A stretch of 64,000 nt of DNA, taken from contig OZ245056.1 of NCBI GenBank assembly GCA_965224705.1, positions 1,760,001-1,824,000 on the forward strand. Reading direction: 5' to 3'. Made by a program: the position numbers and the translations under genes. Positions 18,939 through 29,052 of the stretch are shown here, one piece after another. The notes beneath the pieces are model-generated. The model was given only the letters and a program-made list of their open reading frames with translations. It was not told the origin of the DNA and searched no databases. Position 1 is the stretch's first letter, and each line of letters begins with the position of its first letter. This DNA is from Spirochaetaceae bacterium (GTDB lineage: Bacteria > Spirochaetota > Spirochaetia > DSM-2461).

Positions 18939-19427
18939 TTAGTCTATTTTTCTTTGCTGCTCGTCGTAAAGTCCTATTAATAAGCTATTTCCGTTCTTAT
19001 CTATTTTCACTCCCCCGTATTTTGCACTTTCATATTTTTCCGCTTGTCCTTCCTGAAAAAAGAAGGATTCCGCTCCGATGCTAACGTTCCGTTCGTCTGA
19101 CGATGCGTATTTGATAAGATGCTCACCCTCATTTAGAGGAGTTAGGTCTTTCTGAAATCTAATTTTAGCAGCTATGTTATTGGTGTTAAGCCTGATAACA
19201 CAATATCCTCGTCTGGGCATATTATCAAAATCCATGTTTTCCGAAATCTCATATCGGAGAGCCATATAGTCGCCCTGCATTAAAGAACGAGGGTCAACTG
19301 GAGCAAGCTCCAACAAAACTAATAGTCCATCTTTCAATAATGCCTCTTTCTTCACTATGGAATGGTTAAAGTATATTAGCAAAAAAACGAGGTTCAGAAG
19401 TATGATTATACTCTTATACTTCTTCAT
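18939..19427 (-). CDS. GDYXXLXY domain protein
   Basis: PVDPRSLMQGDYMALRY. Confidence 0.9.
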   Translation of the reverse strand: MKKYKSIIILLNLVFLLIYFNHSIVKKEALLKDGLLVLLELAPVDPRSLMQGDYMALRYEISENMDFDNMPRRGYCVIRLNTNNIAAKIRFQKDLTPLNEGEHLIKYASSDERNVSIGAESFFFQEGQAEKYESAKYGGVKIDKNGNSLLIGLYDEQQRKID

Positions 19428-20475
19428 TTGCAGTCAACTTTTTATTGGTGAACAAATAAAGCAGTATAAAAACTACACCTGTAGAAAATAAAAGTATGGA
19501 TTTGGTAAGTAAAGTAAAATTCAAATCGTAATAATACTGGGAAATAAAGTAGATAAATGAGATAATTCCCAACACAAACCCTGTTTTGTAGTTTACCAAA
19601 AAACTCAATAGAATAATGAGAATAGCACCGGATATTGCAGGAGATAATGCTGTTAATGATAATGCAAGAACGGTGAAAATGTAAATACCGATTCTATGCT
19701 TCGGTTCGGTTATATTCAGGATATTGAATAGTTTGGAAACCAAAAAAACTATTGCAGCAATTATAACAATAGAGGACAACCAGACATATCCGGGTGATAC
19801 AGGAAAAAGTCCTCTTTTTCCAAGAAATACCAATCCTGGCAGAAATGAGAAAATCAATCCTATTCTGACAGGATTGTAAAGTTTCGATAAGGATTTTCTG
19901 GCCTTAATTAGCATGGCTTCTTTCAGAAAAATATAAGTCATAGCTAATGCAATTAAAATAACATAGGCATGAATAGCATCATAAGCTTCGTTCCATGTAA
20001 TCAGCATTAGAATATTTCCGTTAATAACTAGAACAGAAACAAAAGACAGTATGTAGTTCTGAACAATACTTAGCGATCCACAAGCAATAATGATGAGTGT
20101 AATATTTATAATTATTGCGTCTATGCCCAACTCTTCAAAACCAAGGCCAATAAGTATAAAACCAATGATGAAGCAGGAGATACTTACTGTGTCCATGATA
20201 AATTTATCAAATTTTTTGTTTATCCAAATTGAAGCTGCAATAAAAATTCCTCCAAATATTAATGATACATAATCGTAAAATATTGAAAGATAACTCAAAA
20301 ATACTGAACTTGCCAGTATTCCTCCGAAGACAGATAGTATTTTTACTGACAAAGATTGGTTTCCACTATCGTTCCGATAAGCCGAAACAATAGCATCTTC
20401 ATCAAATAGTAGTGGTTTGTCTTCCATTTTTTGGAAATAATCCAACATGGTTTTAATGTCGTCTTTATTACTCAT
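19414..20475 (-). CDS. DUF4401-like membrane protein
   Basis: Polytopic; C-terminal YYYDLNFTLLTKS motif; typical position in the cluster. Confidence 0.8.
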   Translation of the reverse strand: MSNKDDIKTMLDYFQKMEDKPLLFDEDAIVSAYRNDSGNQSLSVKILSVFGGILASSVFLSYLSIFYDYVSLIFGGIFIAASIWINKKFDKFIMDTVSISCFIIGFILIGLGFEELGIDAIIINITLIIIACGSLSIVQNYILSFVSVLVINGNILMLITWNEAYDAIHAYVILIALAMTYIFLKEAMLIKARKSLSKLYNPVRIGLIFSFLPGLVFLGKRGLFPVSPGYVWLSSIVIIAAIVFLVSKLFNILNITEPKHRIGIYIFTVLALSLTALSPAISGAILIILLSFLVNYKTGFVLGIISFIYFISQYYYDLNFTLLTKSILLFSTGVVFILLYLFTNKKLTANEEV

Positions 20476-21421
20476 TTGCCCATCTCTTTTGAAAGTTAAT
20501 CAGGTTTTTAATTGTTAGTGTAACGCCGGCTATGATAAGCAAACTCACCACGAACACCATCATTTCTCCTTCTGATATTTCAATGAGTAAAGCCGACATG
20601 ATGATGATAAGGCTAAATGGTATAACTGAAAGGTAAAAACCGCTTTTTGTTTTCAGTCCGGTCCAAATTCCCAGGGCGAATGTTATGGCAGTGGTTAAAA
20701 TTAATATGGACATGGATAAGGCCGACTGATTCTCGCCAAAAATACCGATGACTATACCGATAGTTGCATAGATCACAGAAGCTAAAGCGACTGTATATAC
20801 AAACCAATTGGAGGTTCTTTTCCTGATAAAAAGAAAGATGAAAATAAGTACAGCCGTATTGGTGATAAAAAGGAAGGTGCAAACAAAAACTCCCGACCGA
20901 TTTTTGGCAACTTGTTGTGAATATAAAATGAATGTCGTATTAATCAGAATGAGATACAGCAACCATAAAGGAGTGAAATTTGAAACCAGAACCCATAGTG
21001 TTACAAAAACAGTCCAGGTTAAAAATAAGTCGTAGGCATCAGCTCCTGTTTGGTAAATCTGTCCGAACACGGCAAACAAAACGCCAATTATAACCGATGC
21101 TCCTGTAAGGATAATATTTCTGACACTATTGTTTATTCTTGTATGAAAAACTAAAATAGTTGTCGCAATCAGCACTCCCTCCGCCAGCCCGATTTTGGCG
21201 AATTTGTGCAGGTCTGCCCAATTGTAGGCAAAAAAGAAAACAATCCCCGACACAGTAAAACCAACACCAAGACTGATGAAAAACAGTCGGGAAAATTTTT
21301 TCCAGGCCTCTTTATCATTATAAACATTTTCTTCCAAAGCTCTGGCAATCTCTTTTTCTGTCAGGTTTGAATGCCTGCCAATTATGTGGATGTCATTTCG
21401 CTCCATACTCTTTACTCGCAT
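20468..21421 (-). CDS. DUF2157-like membrane protein
   Basis: FFFAYNWADL and GQIYQTGAD motifs. Confidence 0.85.
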   Translation of the reverse strand: MRVKSMERNDIHIIGRHSNLTEKEIARALEENVYNDKEAWKKFSRLFFISLGVGFTVSGIVFFFAYNWADLHKFAKIGLAEGVLIATTILVFHTRINNSVRNIILTGASVIIGVLFAVFGQIYQTGADAYDLFLTWTVFVTLWVLVSNFTPLWLLYLILINTTFILYSQQVAKNRSGVFVCTFLFITNTAVLIFIFLFIRKRTSNWFVYTVALASVIYATIGIVIGIFGENQSALSMSILILTTAITFALGIWTGLKTKSGFYLSVIPFSLIIIMSALLIEISEGEMMVFVVSLLIIAGVTLTIKNLINFQKRWANE

Positions 21422-21443
21422 TTGTTCTTATACTACCACATTG

Positions 21444-21468
21444 GAGGGGTAAGAACATTTTACCCCTC
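21444..21468. terminator. Stem-loop between the PfkB kinase gene and the DUF2157 cluster
   Basis: GAGGGGTAA-7 nt-TTACCCCTC. Confidence 0.4.
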
Positions 21469-21591
21469 TACTCAACAAGCTCATTCATTGGGCCTGTTAT
21501 TCAGATCTGTCTTCAAAATTTGTAAGTAGTATAACAGAAGTTTTCACCAGAAGGAATAGAAAAAGCATCTGAAATACACCACGGATTCAGG

Positions 21592-22662
21592 TTAGCGTTT
21601 AACTCTGGCATTTCCCTGCCAGATGCTCCAGATCTGTTCCTCATCAGCAGGAATTCCGTAATCCGTGTGCATGGTTGCGGCGAGGACACCTGATGCCCAA
21701 CCAAACTGAATCCATTTCTCATCCTTCCAGCCCTTCAAAATACCGTAAAGCATTCCTCCCACAAACCCATCACCTCCGCCGATGCGGTCAAGAACTTCAA
21801 TAGGCCTTGGTTCAACAACATGCCACTGATCACTGTTAAGCATGATTGCTCCCCAATGGTGACGGTTTGCATGTTCAACTTCACGCAGAGTCGTGGCAAA
21901 CGTGTGTGCGTTACTGTATGTCTGACGAACCCGCTCAATCATTTCCTTAAAACCATCGATTTTTGCGTCAAGGTCCTCACCTCCGGCTTCGGGGCCCTGC
22001 ACTCCGAGACAGAGTTGAAAATCCTCTTCATTTCCGACGAGTATGTCAGAGAGAGAGGCAAGCTCATGAAAGACCTTTCTCAGCTCTGGTTCCCGATCCT
22101 TCCAGAAGGTGGCTCTGTAGTTCAGATCAAATGATATCTTAGACCCTGCGGCTTTTGCTGCCCTGGCAATATCCACACAAAATACAGCTGTTTCAGGAGA
22201 GAGACCCGCAATCAGGCCGGAAAGGTGAACTATTCCAACACCTTCTTCTTCAAATATCCTCTTAATGTCAAAATCCTTCAGGTTTAGAAACCGGCCAACC
22301 TCACCTGCTCTATCATTGTGGACACGGGGACCACGGCTGCCAAATCCGCTGTCCGCAATATTGAACTGATGACGGAATCCCCATGGTCCACCCTGTGGGA
22401 TATCCGGACCTTCATATGAAAACCCCCGGCTGCGAAAGTTAGCCTTTATAAGTGTCGATATCGGACTGTTTTCAACAAAATTCGTTAGAACCTTTACCGG
22501 AAGCCCCAGATACGATGCAACAGAGGCCACATTCGTTTCAGCGCTGGTGACCTGAATCCGAAAAATATCTGAGCTGTGTACCGGTTGAGCTCCAACCGGA
22601 TCAATTCGAACACCTATGCTTGTGGGAACAAGCAAGGACCATTTACAATCTTTTTTCATCAC
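21592..22662 (-). CDS. PfkB-family sugar kinase (KdgK-like)
   Basis: AETNVAS, SFDLNYR, GNEED, DRIGGGDGF. Confidence 0.88.
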   Translation of the reverse strand: MMKKDCKWSLLVPTSIGVRIDPVGAQPVHSSDIFRIQVTSAETNVASVASYLGLPVKVLTNFVENSPISTLIKANFRSRGFSYEGPDIPQGGPWGFRHQFNIADSGFGSRGPRVHNDRAGEVGRFLNLKDFDIKRIFEEEGVGIVHLSGLIAGLSPETAVFCVDIARAAKAAGSKISFDLNYRATFWKDREPELRKVFHELASLSDILVGNEEDFQLCLGVQGPEAGGEDLDAKIDGFKEMIERVRQTYSNAHTFATTLREVEHANRHHWGAIMLNSDQWHVVEPRPIEVLDRIGGGDGFVGGMLYGILKGWKDEKWIQFGWASGVLAATMHTDYGIPADEEQIWSIWQGNARVKR

Positions 22663-22679
22663 TGTGATTTTTTCCTTTC

Positions 22680-24140
22680 CTACACTTCGTAAGTTGTTGA
22701 AGAAACGTTACCGCCGGTACCCGTCCAGTTTGTGTGAAAAAACTCACCCCGGGTCCTGTCGATACGCTCATACGTATGGGCCCCGAAATAGTCTCGTTGA
22801 GCCTGAATCATGTTTGCGGGAAGTTCGGCACTGCGGTATCCATCAAAAAATGAAAGAGATGTACTTAAGGCAGGTACAGGAACTCCAAGTTGGGTTGCTG
22901 CAACCAATATCCTGCGCACACTGGCCTGGGATTTCACAAGAATATCCCTAAAATACTCATCCAGCATCAACGAGGGTTGAGACGGGTTTCGGTCAAAAGC
23001 TTCCTTGATTTTGCCCAGAAAAGCCGAACGAATAATACATCCTCCCCGCCACATGAGAGCAACTGATCCGAAATTAAGATCCCACTCATTTTCCTTCGAG
23101 GCTTCCTTCATGAGCATAAATCCCTGAGTATAGGAAATGATTTTAGCAAAAAGCAGTGCTGCTTCAAGATCCTTAATAAACTGTGCCCTGTCACCTTCAA
23201 GCTCATAATCCGGACCAGGAAGCACTTCTGACGCCTCAATACGCTCGCTTTTCAATGAAGAGAGGCAACGGGCAAACACCGCTTCACCAATAAGAGTAAC
23301 AGGCACTCCCATTTCAAGGGCTGCAATTCCTGTCCATTTTCCTGTTCCCTTCTGGCCGGCAGAATCAAGAATTCTTTCCACAAGGGCAGTTCCATCCTCA
23401 TCCTTATAAGCCAGGATATCCCTGGTTATTTCAATGAGATAAGAATCAAGGGGGCCTTTGTTCCATTCAGCAAAAACTTCATGCATTTCCTGAGAAGTAA
23501 GTCCCGCACCATTTTTTAAAAGCTGATACGCCTCGGCTATGAGCTGCATATCTCCATATTCAATGCCGTTATGCACCATTTTTACATAATGACCTGCCCC
23601 TGCATTCCCAACCCAGTCGCAGCATACTTCATCTGTTTCTGTTTTCGCAGCAATAGCCTGAAAAACAGGTTTCACCGCCTCCCATGCATCTGTGTTTCCG
23701 CCGGGCATAATGGACGGCCCTGTACGAGCTCCTTCTTCCCCTCCCGATACTCCGGTACCGATAAAAAGGATTCCTTTTTCAGCCAGTTCTTTCGTACGGC
23801 GGTTTGAATCGTTAAAGCGGCTGTTTCCACCATCGATAATTATATCACCCGGTTCAATCAGTGGTAGAAGACTGTCAATCACCTTATCAACTACCTCACC
23901 AGCCTTTACCATAAGCATGATTTTTCGGGGAGTTGAAAGTCGGTTAACCAGCTCTTCAAAACTGTATGAACCGATAATGCTTTCCCGGTCTTTCGCACCG
24001 GTAGTAAGAAAATTTCTGGTTATGTTTTCAGATCTGTTGTAAACCGCAACAGTATATCCATGATCATTCATGTTCAGAACAAGGTTCTGTCCCATGACCG
24101 CCAATCCAATAAATCCTATATCAGCTTTCAACACAGTCAC
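22680..24140 (-). CDS. gnd: 6-phosphogluconate dehydrogenase, NADP-dependent, decarboxylating
   Basis: GLAVMG, GVSGGEEGA, KMVHNGIEY, GQKGTG, QAQRDYFGAH. Confidence 0.97.
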   Translation of the reverse strand: MTVLKADIGFIGLAVMGQNLVLNMNDHGYTVAVYNRSENITRNFLTTGAKDRESIIGSYSFEELVNRLSTPRKIMLMVKAGEVVDKVIDSLLPLIEPGDIIIDGGNSRFNDSNRRTKELAEKGILFIGTGVSGGEEGARTGPSIMPGGNTDAWEAVKPVFQAIAAKTETDEVCCDWVGNAGAGHYVKMVHNGIEYGDMQLIAEAYQLLKNGAGLTSQEMHEVFAEWNKGPLDSYLIEITRDILAYKDEDGTALVERILDSAGQKGTGKWTGIAALEMGVPVTLIGEAVFARCLSSLKSERIEASEVLPGPDYELEGDRAQFIKDLEAALLFAKIISYTQGFMLMKEASKENEWDLNFGSVALMWRGGCIIRSAFLGKIKEAFDRNPSQPSLMLDEYFRDILVKSQASVRRILVAATQLGVPVPALSTSLSFFDGYRSAELPANMIQAQRDYFGAHTYERIDRTRGEFFHTNWTGTGGNVSSTTYEV

Positions 24141-24314
24141 TCCTCTAATTGTTATGCATTTCTAAAAGAGCTGCGGCGGCGGGAAAAAGCCGCATCCCGC
24201 TTGTAGTCATAATGAATCAAATTATGACCTACATTCAGTCTATCGCAATATAAATCGCTTCAATCGCATAATAGTGCGGCGAATCGCCATATGGAAAATT
24301 GAAGCACTTTCACT

Positions 24315-24344
24315 TACAGTTCAGCACACTCTTTGACCGTTTAT
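24315..24344 (+). promoter_or_regulatory. Putative LytTR-binding direct repeats
   Basis: TACAGTTCAG and GACCGTTTAT with 20-bp periodicity. Confidence 0.45.
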
Positions 24345-24371
24345 GCGAAATACCTTATCCTGGAGAATACT

Positions 24372-25403
24372 ATGAAAGCACTATTAATGGAAGCGTATCA
24401 GCAGTTGAGTATTGTCGAGCTTGATATACCCCGGCCCAACGATGATGAGGTGCTCATCCGCATTCATTCCACCGGTATCTGCGGGAGCGATGTTCATGGA
24501 GTTGACGGCAGTACCGGTCGGCGCATTCCCCCTATTGTTATGGGTCATGAGGCAGCAGGTATCATAGAAGCCGCCGGTGCAAAGGTATGGCACTACAAAG
24601 CCGGAGACCGGGTCACTTTCGATTCCACCATCTTCTGCGGTGAATGTTTACACTGCAAAGCCGGGAATGTAAACTTCTGCGAGAAGAGGAAGGTTCTTGG
24701 CGTGGGTTGTGATGAATATCATCAAGCAGGAACCTTTACGGAATATATTTCAGTCCCGGAAAGAATCCTTCACCGCCTGCCGGAGAATGTGAACTTTGAT
24801 CAGGGAGCCATGGTTGAACCCTTATCAATTGCGGTTCATGCTGTGTCCATTACTCCGATAAAACCTGAAGACAGGGCATTGGTTATCGGTGCCGGGGTAA
24901 TTGGGCTGTTGACCCTTCAGGTACTGATCGCTCAGGGATGTTCAGAGGTGCATGTGACCGATCTTAATGATAGCAGATTGCAGGCGGCCAAAAAACTTGG
25001 TGCACATGCGGTTTTCAATTCCCGGGCAGAAAACCCGGTGGATGCAGTTATGAAGCATACATCCAACACGGGGGTCGACTGTGTGTTTGATGCCGTCGGC
25101 CTTCAGACAACTGTCAATGCCGGTATTAGATCACTGCGAAAAGGGGGTACATTAACAGCAATCGGCAATTTCGCCCCTGAGATTCAAATTCCCCTCCAGT
25201 ATATTGTCTCACGCCAGATTCGGGTACAGGGATCAAATGCTTCAGCAGGTGAATTCCCCGAATGTATTCGAATGATTTCACAGGAGGAAGTTGATGTGAA
25301 CAGCCTTATATCCAGAACAGTTCAACTCAGCGAAGGCGCACACTGGATGAAAATTCTGCATAAGGGAGAAAGCGACCTGCTCAAGGTAATCCTTCATCCA
25401 TAG
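24372..25403 (+). CDS. Zinc-dependent polyol/sugar-acid dehydrogenase (IdnD/GatD-like MDR)
   Basis: GICGSD, GHE, CGECLHC...C, GAGVIG; GGAG RBS before MKALL. Confidence 0.9.
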   Translation: MKALLMEAYQQLSIVELDIPRPNDDEVLIRIHSTGICGSDVHGVDGSTGRRIPPIVMGHEAAGIIEAAGAKVWHYKAGDRVTFDSTIFCGECLHCKAGNVNFCEKRKVLGVGCDEYHQAGTFTEYISVPERILHRLPENVNFDQGAMVEPLSIAVHAVSITPIKPEDRALVIGAGVIGLLTLQVLIAQGCSEVHVTDLNDSRLQAAKKLGAHAVFNSRAENPVDAVMKHTSNTGVDCVFDAVGLQTTVNAGIRSLRKGGTLTAIGNFAPEIQIPLQYIVSRQIRVQGSNASAGEFPECIRMISQEEVDVNSLISRTVQLSEGAHWMKILHKGESDLLKVILHP

Positions 25404-25472
25404 TTCTAAAGCGGCACATGGTCCATGAGTATATAGCTCGCCCCTGCCGATTGACTCTGTATAGGAGAATTC

Positions 25473-26255
25473 ATGAACAATACAGTTTTTGACTTACACG
25501 GGAAGATAGCCCTTGTCACCGGAGCAAGCCGGGGTCTGGGGCAGTATATGGCACGGGCTCTAGCCGGAGCCGGCGCAGACCTCATTATTACCAGCAGGAG
25601 ATTAAGCAGTCTGGAACCCTTCAGGAAAGAACTTGAAGACATGAACCGTAGAGTACTTCCTCTTGAACTGGATGTCCGCAGCGAACAGAGTATAAAAACA
25701 ATGGTTGAATCGGCTGTCAGCCATTTCGGCCGTATTGATATTCTTGTAAACAATGCTGGCTGCAATATCCGAAAACCTGCATTGGAAGTTGAATGGGAAG
25801 ATTGGAACACAATTCTTGAAACAAATCTCCGCGGCCCCTTCTTTGTTGCCCAGGCTGTTGCAAAGGGTATGGTAGAGAAGAAATCCGGCAGAATTATAAA
25901 TATTGGATCTGTTACCAGTGTATTTGGATATGCAGGCATTACCCCCTACTGTGCCAGCCGCGGCGGTATCAAACAGATGACAATGAGTCTGGCAGATGAG
26001 TGGGGCAATGATGGTATTACAGTTAACTGCCTTGCGCCGGGATGGTTCAAAACCGAGCAGAATAAGGTTCTCTATGAGAATGCCGGCTGGCTTGAATACA
26101 TCAAGGACCGGATTCCTCTTAACCGTCCTGGACAGCCAGGAGATCTTGACGGAGCAGTTGTTTTTCTCGCATCCGATGCATCAGCCTACATCAGCGGACA
26201 ATGCCTACTTGTAGACGGAGGCATTAGCACCGGGGCAACAAAAGCTACCGTTTAG
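25473..26255 (+). CDS. SDR oxidoreductase, gluconate 5-dehydrogenase (IdnO/KduD)-like
   Basis: TGASRGLG, NNAG, YCASR (Arg replaces the usual Lys of YxxxK), APGWFKT. Confidence 0.85.
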   Translation: MNNTVFDLHGKIALVTGASRGLGQYMARALAGAGADLIITSRRLSSLEPFRKELEDMNRRVLPLELDVRSEQSIKTMVESAVSHFGRIDILVNNAGCNIRKPALEVEWEDWNTILETNLRGPFFVAQAVAKGMVEKKSGRIINIGSVTSVFGYAGITPYCASRGGIKQMTMSLADEWGNDGITVNCLAPGWFKTEQNKVLYENAGWLEYIKDRIPLNRPGQPGDLDGAVVFLASDASAYISGQCLLVDGGISTGATKATV

Positions 26256-26256
26256 A

Positions 26257-27009
26257 CTATACCCGAAGACCGATTCTGGTTTTAAACTCTTTCATGCGAT
26301 CCCTACTCACCTGCAGGGACTCATTTGAGTCTATAACAACAGCAAGCTTCCCCTGTCCCCACGGCATCACTTTCGTGATGCGCTCCAGATTCACAATTGC
26401 CGTCCTGTGTATTCTCATAAACTTCTGAGGATCCAGATTCCCTTCAAACTGTCCCAGGGATGTATCAGTCTGATACTCATCTCCACCTGAAGAAATAAAC
26501 ACCAGACCAGATGAAGTCTTTATGGAGCTAATTTCATCCACGGGAATTATCTTGAAAGAAAATTTGTTTCTCACTGTCACTCTGCGGAGATAGTCCTTCC
26601 GGTCATTCATTAGTTTTGAAACAAGCTGGGTTCGCTCTAAATAACCCTCTGGCTGAACCGTAAGTTTGCGGATAAGGTCCATGGATTCTTTAAACCGTTC
26701 CTTGCTGAAAGGCTTTAACAGATAATCCAGAGCATGCTTGTTGAAAGCCTGAATTGCATATTCATCAAAAGCCGTTGCAAAAATGATTATCGGCACATGA
26801 TTCAGGCTGTCAATTACTGTAAAACCATCACCCCGGGGCATTTCAATGTCGAGGAAGAGAACATCGGGCTTCAGATCATTTACAATGCGGACTGTTTCCT
26901 CACCGTTCTGTGCCTGTCCTTCAATTGTAAAATCAGGATACTCGGAGAGGAATGAACACAACCGTTCTCTTGCCAGCGATTCATCATCAGCAACTACCAC
27001 TCTTATCAT
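26257..27009 (-). CDS. LytTR-family response regulator
   Basis: REC domain (ADDE, FLDIEMP, TAFD, KP) plus FMRIHRTAIVN LytTR domain. Confidence 0.95.
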   Translation of the reverse strand: MIRVVVADDESLARERLCSFLSEYPDFTIEGQAQNGEETVRIVNDLKPDVLFLDIEMPRGDGFTVIDSLNHVPIIIFATAFDEYAIQAFNKHALDYLLKPFSKERFKESMDLIRKLTVQPEGYLERTQLVSKLMNDRKDYLRRVTVRNKFSFKIIPVDEISSIKTSSGLVFISSGGDEYQTDTSLGQFEGNLDPQKFMRIHRTAIVNLERITKVMPWGQGKLAVVIDSNESLQVSRDRMKEFKTRIGLRV

Positions 27010-29052
27010 TTACACTCCTCCTTCACATGGAATATTGATGCAAACTTCCAGTCCCCCTTCAGCGGGGAGGTTAAAATCAAGCCTCCTGCGGTATAAGGTC
27101 ATCAGTCTCTGATTTATATTATTCAGACCTGTCCGGTCGTTATTGAGAAGCTTTTCAAAAGAAACTTCATCCATGCCCCTGTCACAGACCGATACCTTGA
27201 GCTGATCCCCCTTAATCCGGGCACTTACAGAAATATCAATATTTCCGTCTATGTCCGCACCGTATTTTATCGCATTTTCAACAATGGGCTGCATCAGCAT
27301 TGGCGGAATCTCTATGAGCCGGGCGGATTCATCGAGGTCAATATGGAAGAAAAGTCTTTCATCGTGGCGGATTGCTTCAATATCAAGATACTCTCTGATG
27401 TGAAGAATTTCGTCTTCCAGGGGAACGGTGCTTCGTTTTGTAGAAAGTAACGAATAGCGGAACAAATCGGCAAGTTTTTCAACAACCCTCACGGCGGTAC
27501 GGCTGTCTTTTTCAATGAGCTGGGCGATACTATTCAATGTATTAAAAAAGAAATGAGGATTAATCTGGGCTCTTAATGCCCTTAGTTCTGCCTCAACAGC
27601 CTGAGCGCTGAGTTTTTCCTGCTCCCTTCTCATCCTGATTTTCAGCGATTCATTGGAAACGAGTGTCATAACACCCTTGATACTTCCCGACTGATCTGTG
27701 AGGGGACGGATATTCATTTTTACCGGAATACGCTCTCCTGTACAGGGCAGGAGATAACAATACTTATCCTTCACTATCTTCCCGTACTTCAATCCGCCAA
27801 GCAGTTCCTCGTCTTCCATGCCTATGCGTGAAATAAAATCGCAGTTCTGCAGCTCATTCTGACTTTCTACAGCCATGAGATTCATAAAATGTTGGTTCGC
27901 CACCATGACAGTGCCATTCATATCCGTAAGAAAAACACCTTCTTCAATGGTCTCAAACATATTGGTGAGTGTGCTGAGTTTTTCAGCAATTTCCTTAGAC
28001 ATGATATTGAAACTTCGGGCAAGAACATCATGGGGCGATTTCTCCCTTACCTGAAGCCCATATTTTCCTTCGCGGATCCAGTCGGCAGCAGTAGCCAGCT
28101 CTTTGAGATAGGCCGCAATTTCCTTCATGGCATTTCCCACAACCCCCTCTCTCGGCAAATCAAGCAGGGAGGTTTCGATACGGCCGTCGGACAGACGCAG
28201 TGCAAGTTTTGATAAATTGGTATAATGCAGTATCAAATCATCAACAGAATCCTCCAGCAGATCCAGTTCATCACTGAAAGTTTTTTTACGGGGCGCCATA
28301 CTTTTTCCAATGAAACTATTCAGCTTCTTGCTGACAGTAATGATTGGACGGGCGAGAGAATTGGTAAAATGTCCTGTTGCATATATCAGACCGGTTATGA
28401 ACAATGCAAAGAACACAATACCCACAACATTCTGGGTCATTTGTAATTGCTCATAACCCCGCTCTATCTTTTCAAAAATAATATCAAAAAGCTGGTTCAT
28501 TGAAACACTGTAAATTGGAAAAAACTCCACGGCGTCAATGTATTCTTTAACAGCCAGAGCCTGGTCGTTGTTGGCAGAATCTTCATCGAAAATAAGCTTC
28601 ATATAGATTGAGTAAAGCCGCTGAAGCCCCAGTTCTGTTTCAAGTTTTTTTTCAGCCGCAAGAAATGCAGGACTTTCTCTTGTTTGAGATAATTGTTTAT
28701 TACTGACCTGCGCAAGCTGCCAGACATTATTCAGATTATCAATATAAGAAAAAACATCTTTCCTATACCAGAGCAATTTACTGTCTGCATTAATCAATTC
28801 TGAAAGCCGGTCACTGAATGTTCTTGTATGAACCAGATACTGTTCATATGCATCCCCGTCATCCCAGTCACTCACAGATTCATGGAGGTACATTAGAAGG
28901 TTTCCCCAGTCAATATTGACTTCCAGCAATGTGTTTCTATCCCTTTCCATGGTGAGTCTGAAGCTGCTCAGGGCAAAACTGAACGCAATATAGAACAAAG
29001 CAAGTAGTATAAGAATCAGGTAGGATTTTAACAGTCGTTTTCGCACACTCAT
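27010..29052 (-). CDS. LytS-type sensor histidine kinase with HAMP- and PAS-like regions
   Basis: LRAQINPHFFFNTLNSI, QPIVENAIKYG; two TM helices. Confidence 0.93.
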   Translation of the reverse strand: MSVRKRLLKSYLILILLALFYIAFSFALSSFRLTMERDRNTLLEVNIDWGNLLMYLHESVSDWDDGDAYEQYLVHTRTFSDRLSELINADSKLLWYRKDVFSYIDNLNNVWQLAQVSNKQLSQTRESPAFLAAEKKLETELGLQRLYSIYMKLIFDEDSANNDQALAVKEYIDAVEFFPIYSVSMNQLFDIIFEKIERGYEQLQMTQNVVGIVFFALFITGLIYATGHFTNSLARPIITVSKKLNSFIGKSMAPRKKTFSDELDLLEDSVDDLILHYTNLSKLALRLSDGRIETSLLDLPREGVVGNAMKEIAAYLKELATAADWIREGKYGLQVREKSPHDVLARSFNIMSKEIAEKLSTLTNMFETIEEGVFLTDMNGTVMVANQHFMNLMAVESQNELQNCDFISRIGMEDEELLGGLKYGKIVKDKYCYLLPCTGERIPVKMNIRPLTDQSGSIKGVMTLVSNESLKIRMRREQEKLSAQAVEAELRALRAQINPHFFFNTLNSIAQLIEKDSRTAVRVVEKLADLFRYSLLSTKRSTVPLEDEILHIREYLDIEAIRHDERLFFHIDLDESARLIEIPPMLMQPIVENAIKYGADIDGNIDISVSARIKGDQLKVSVCDRGMDEVSFEKLLNNDRTGLNNINQRLMTLYRRRLDFNLPAEGGLEVCINIPCEGGV

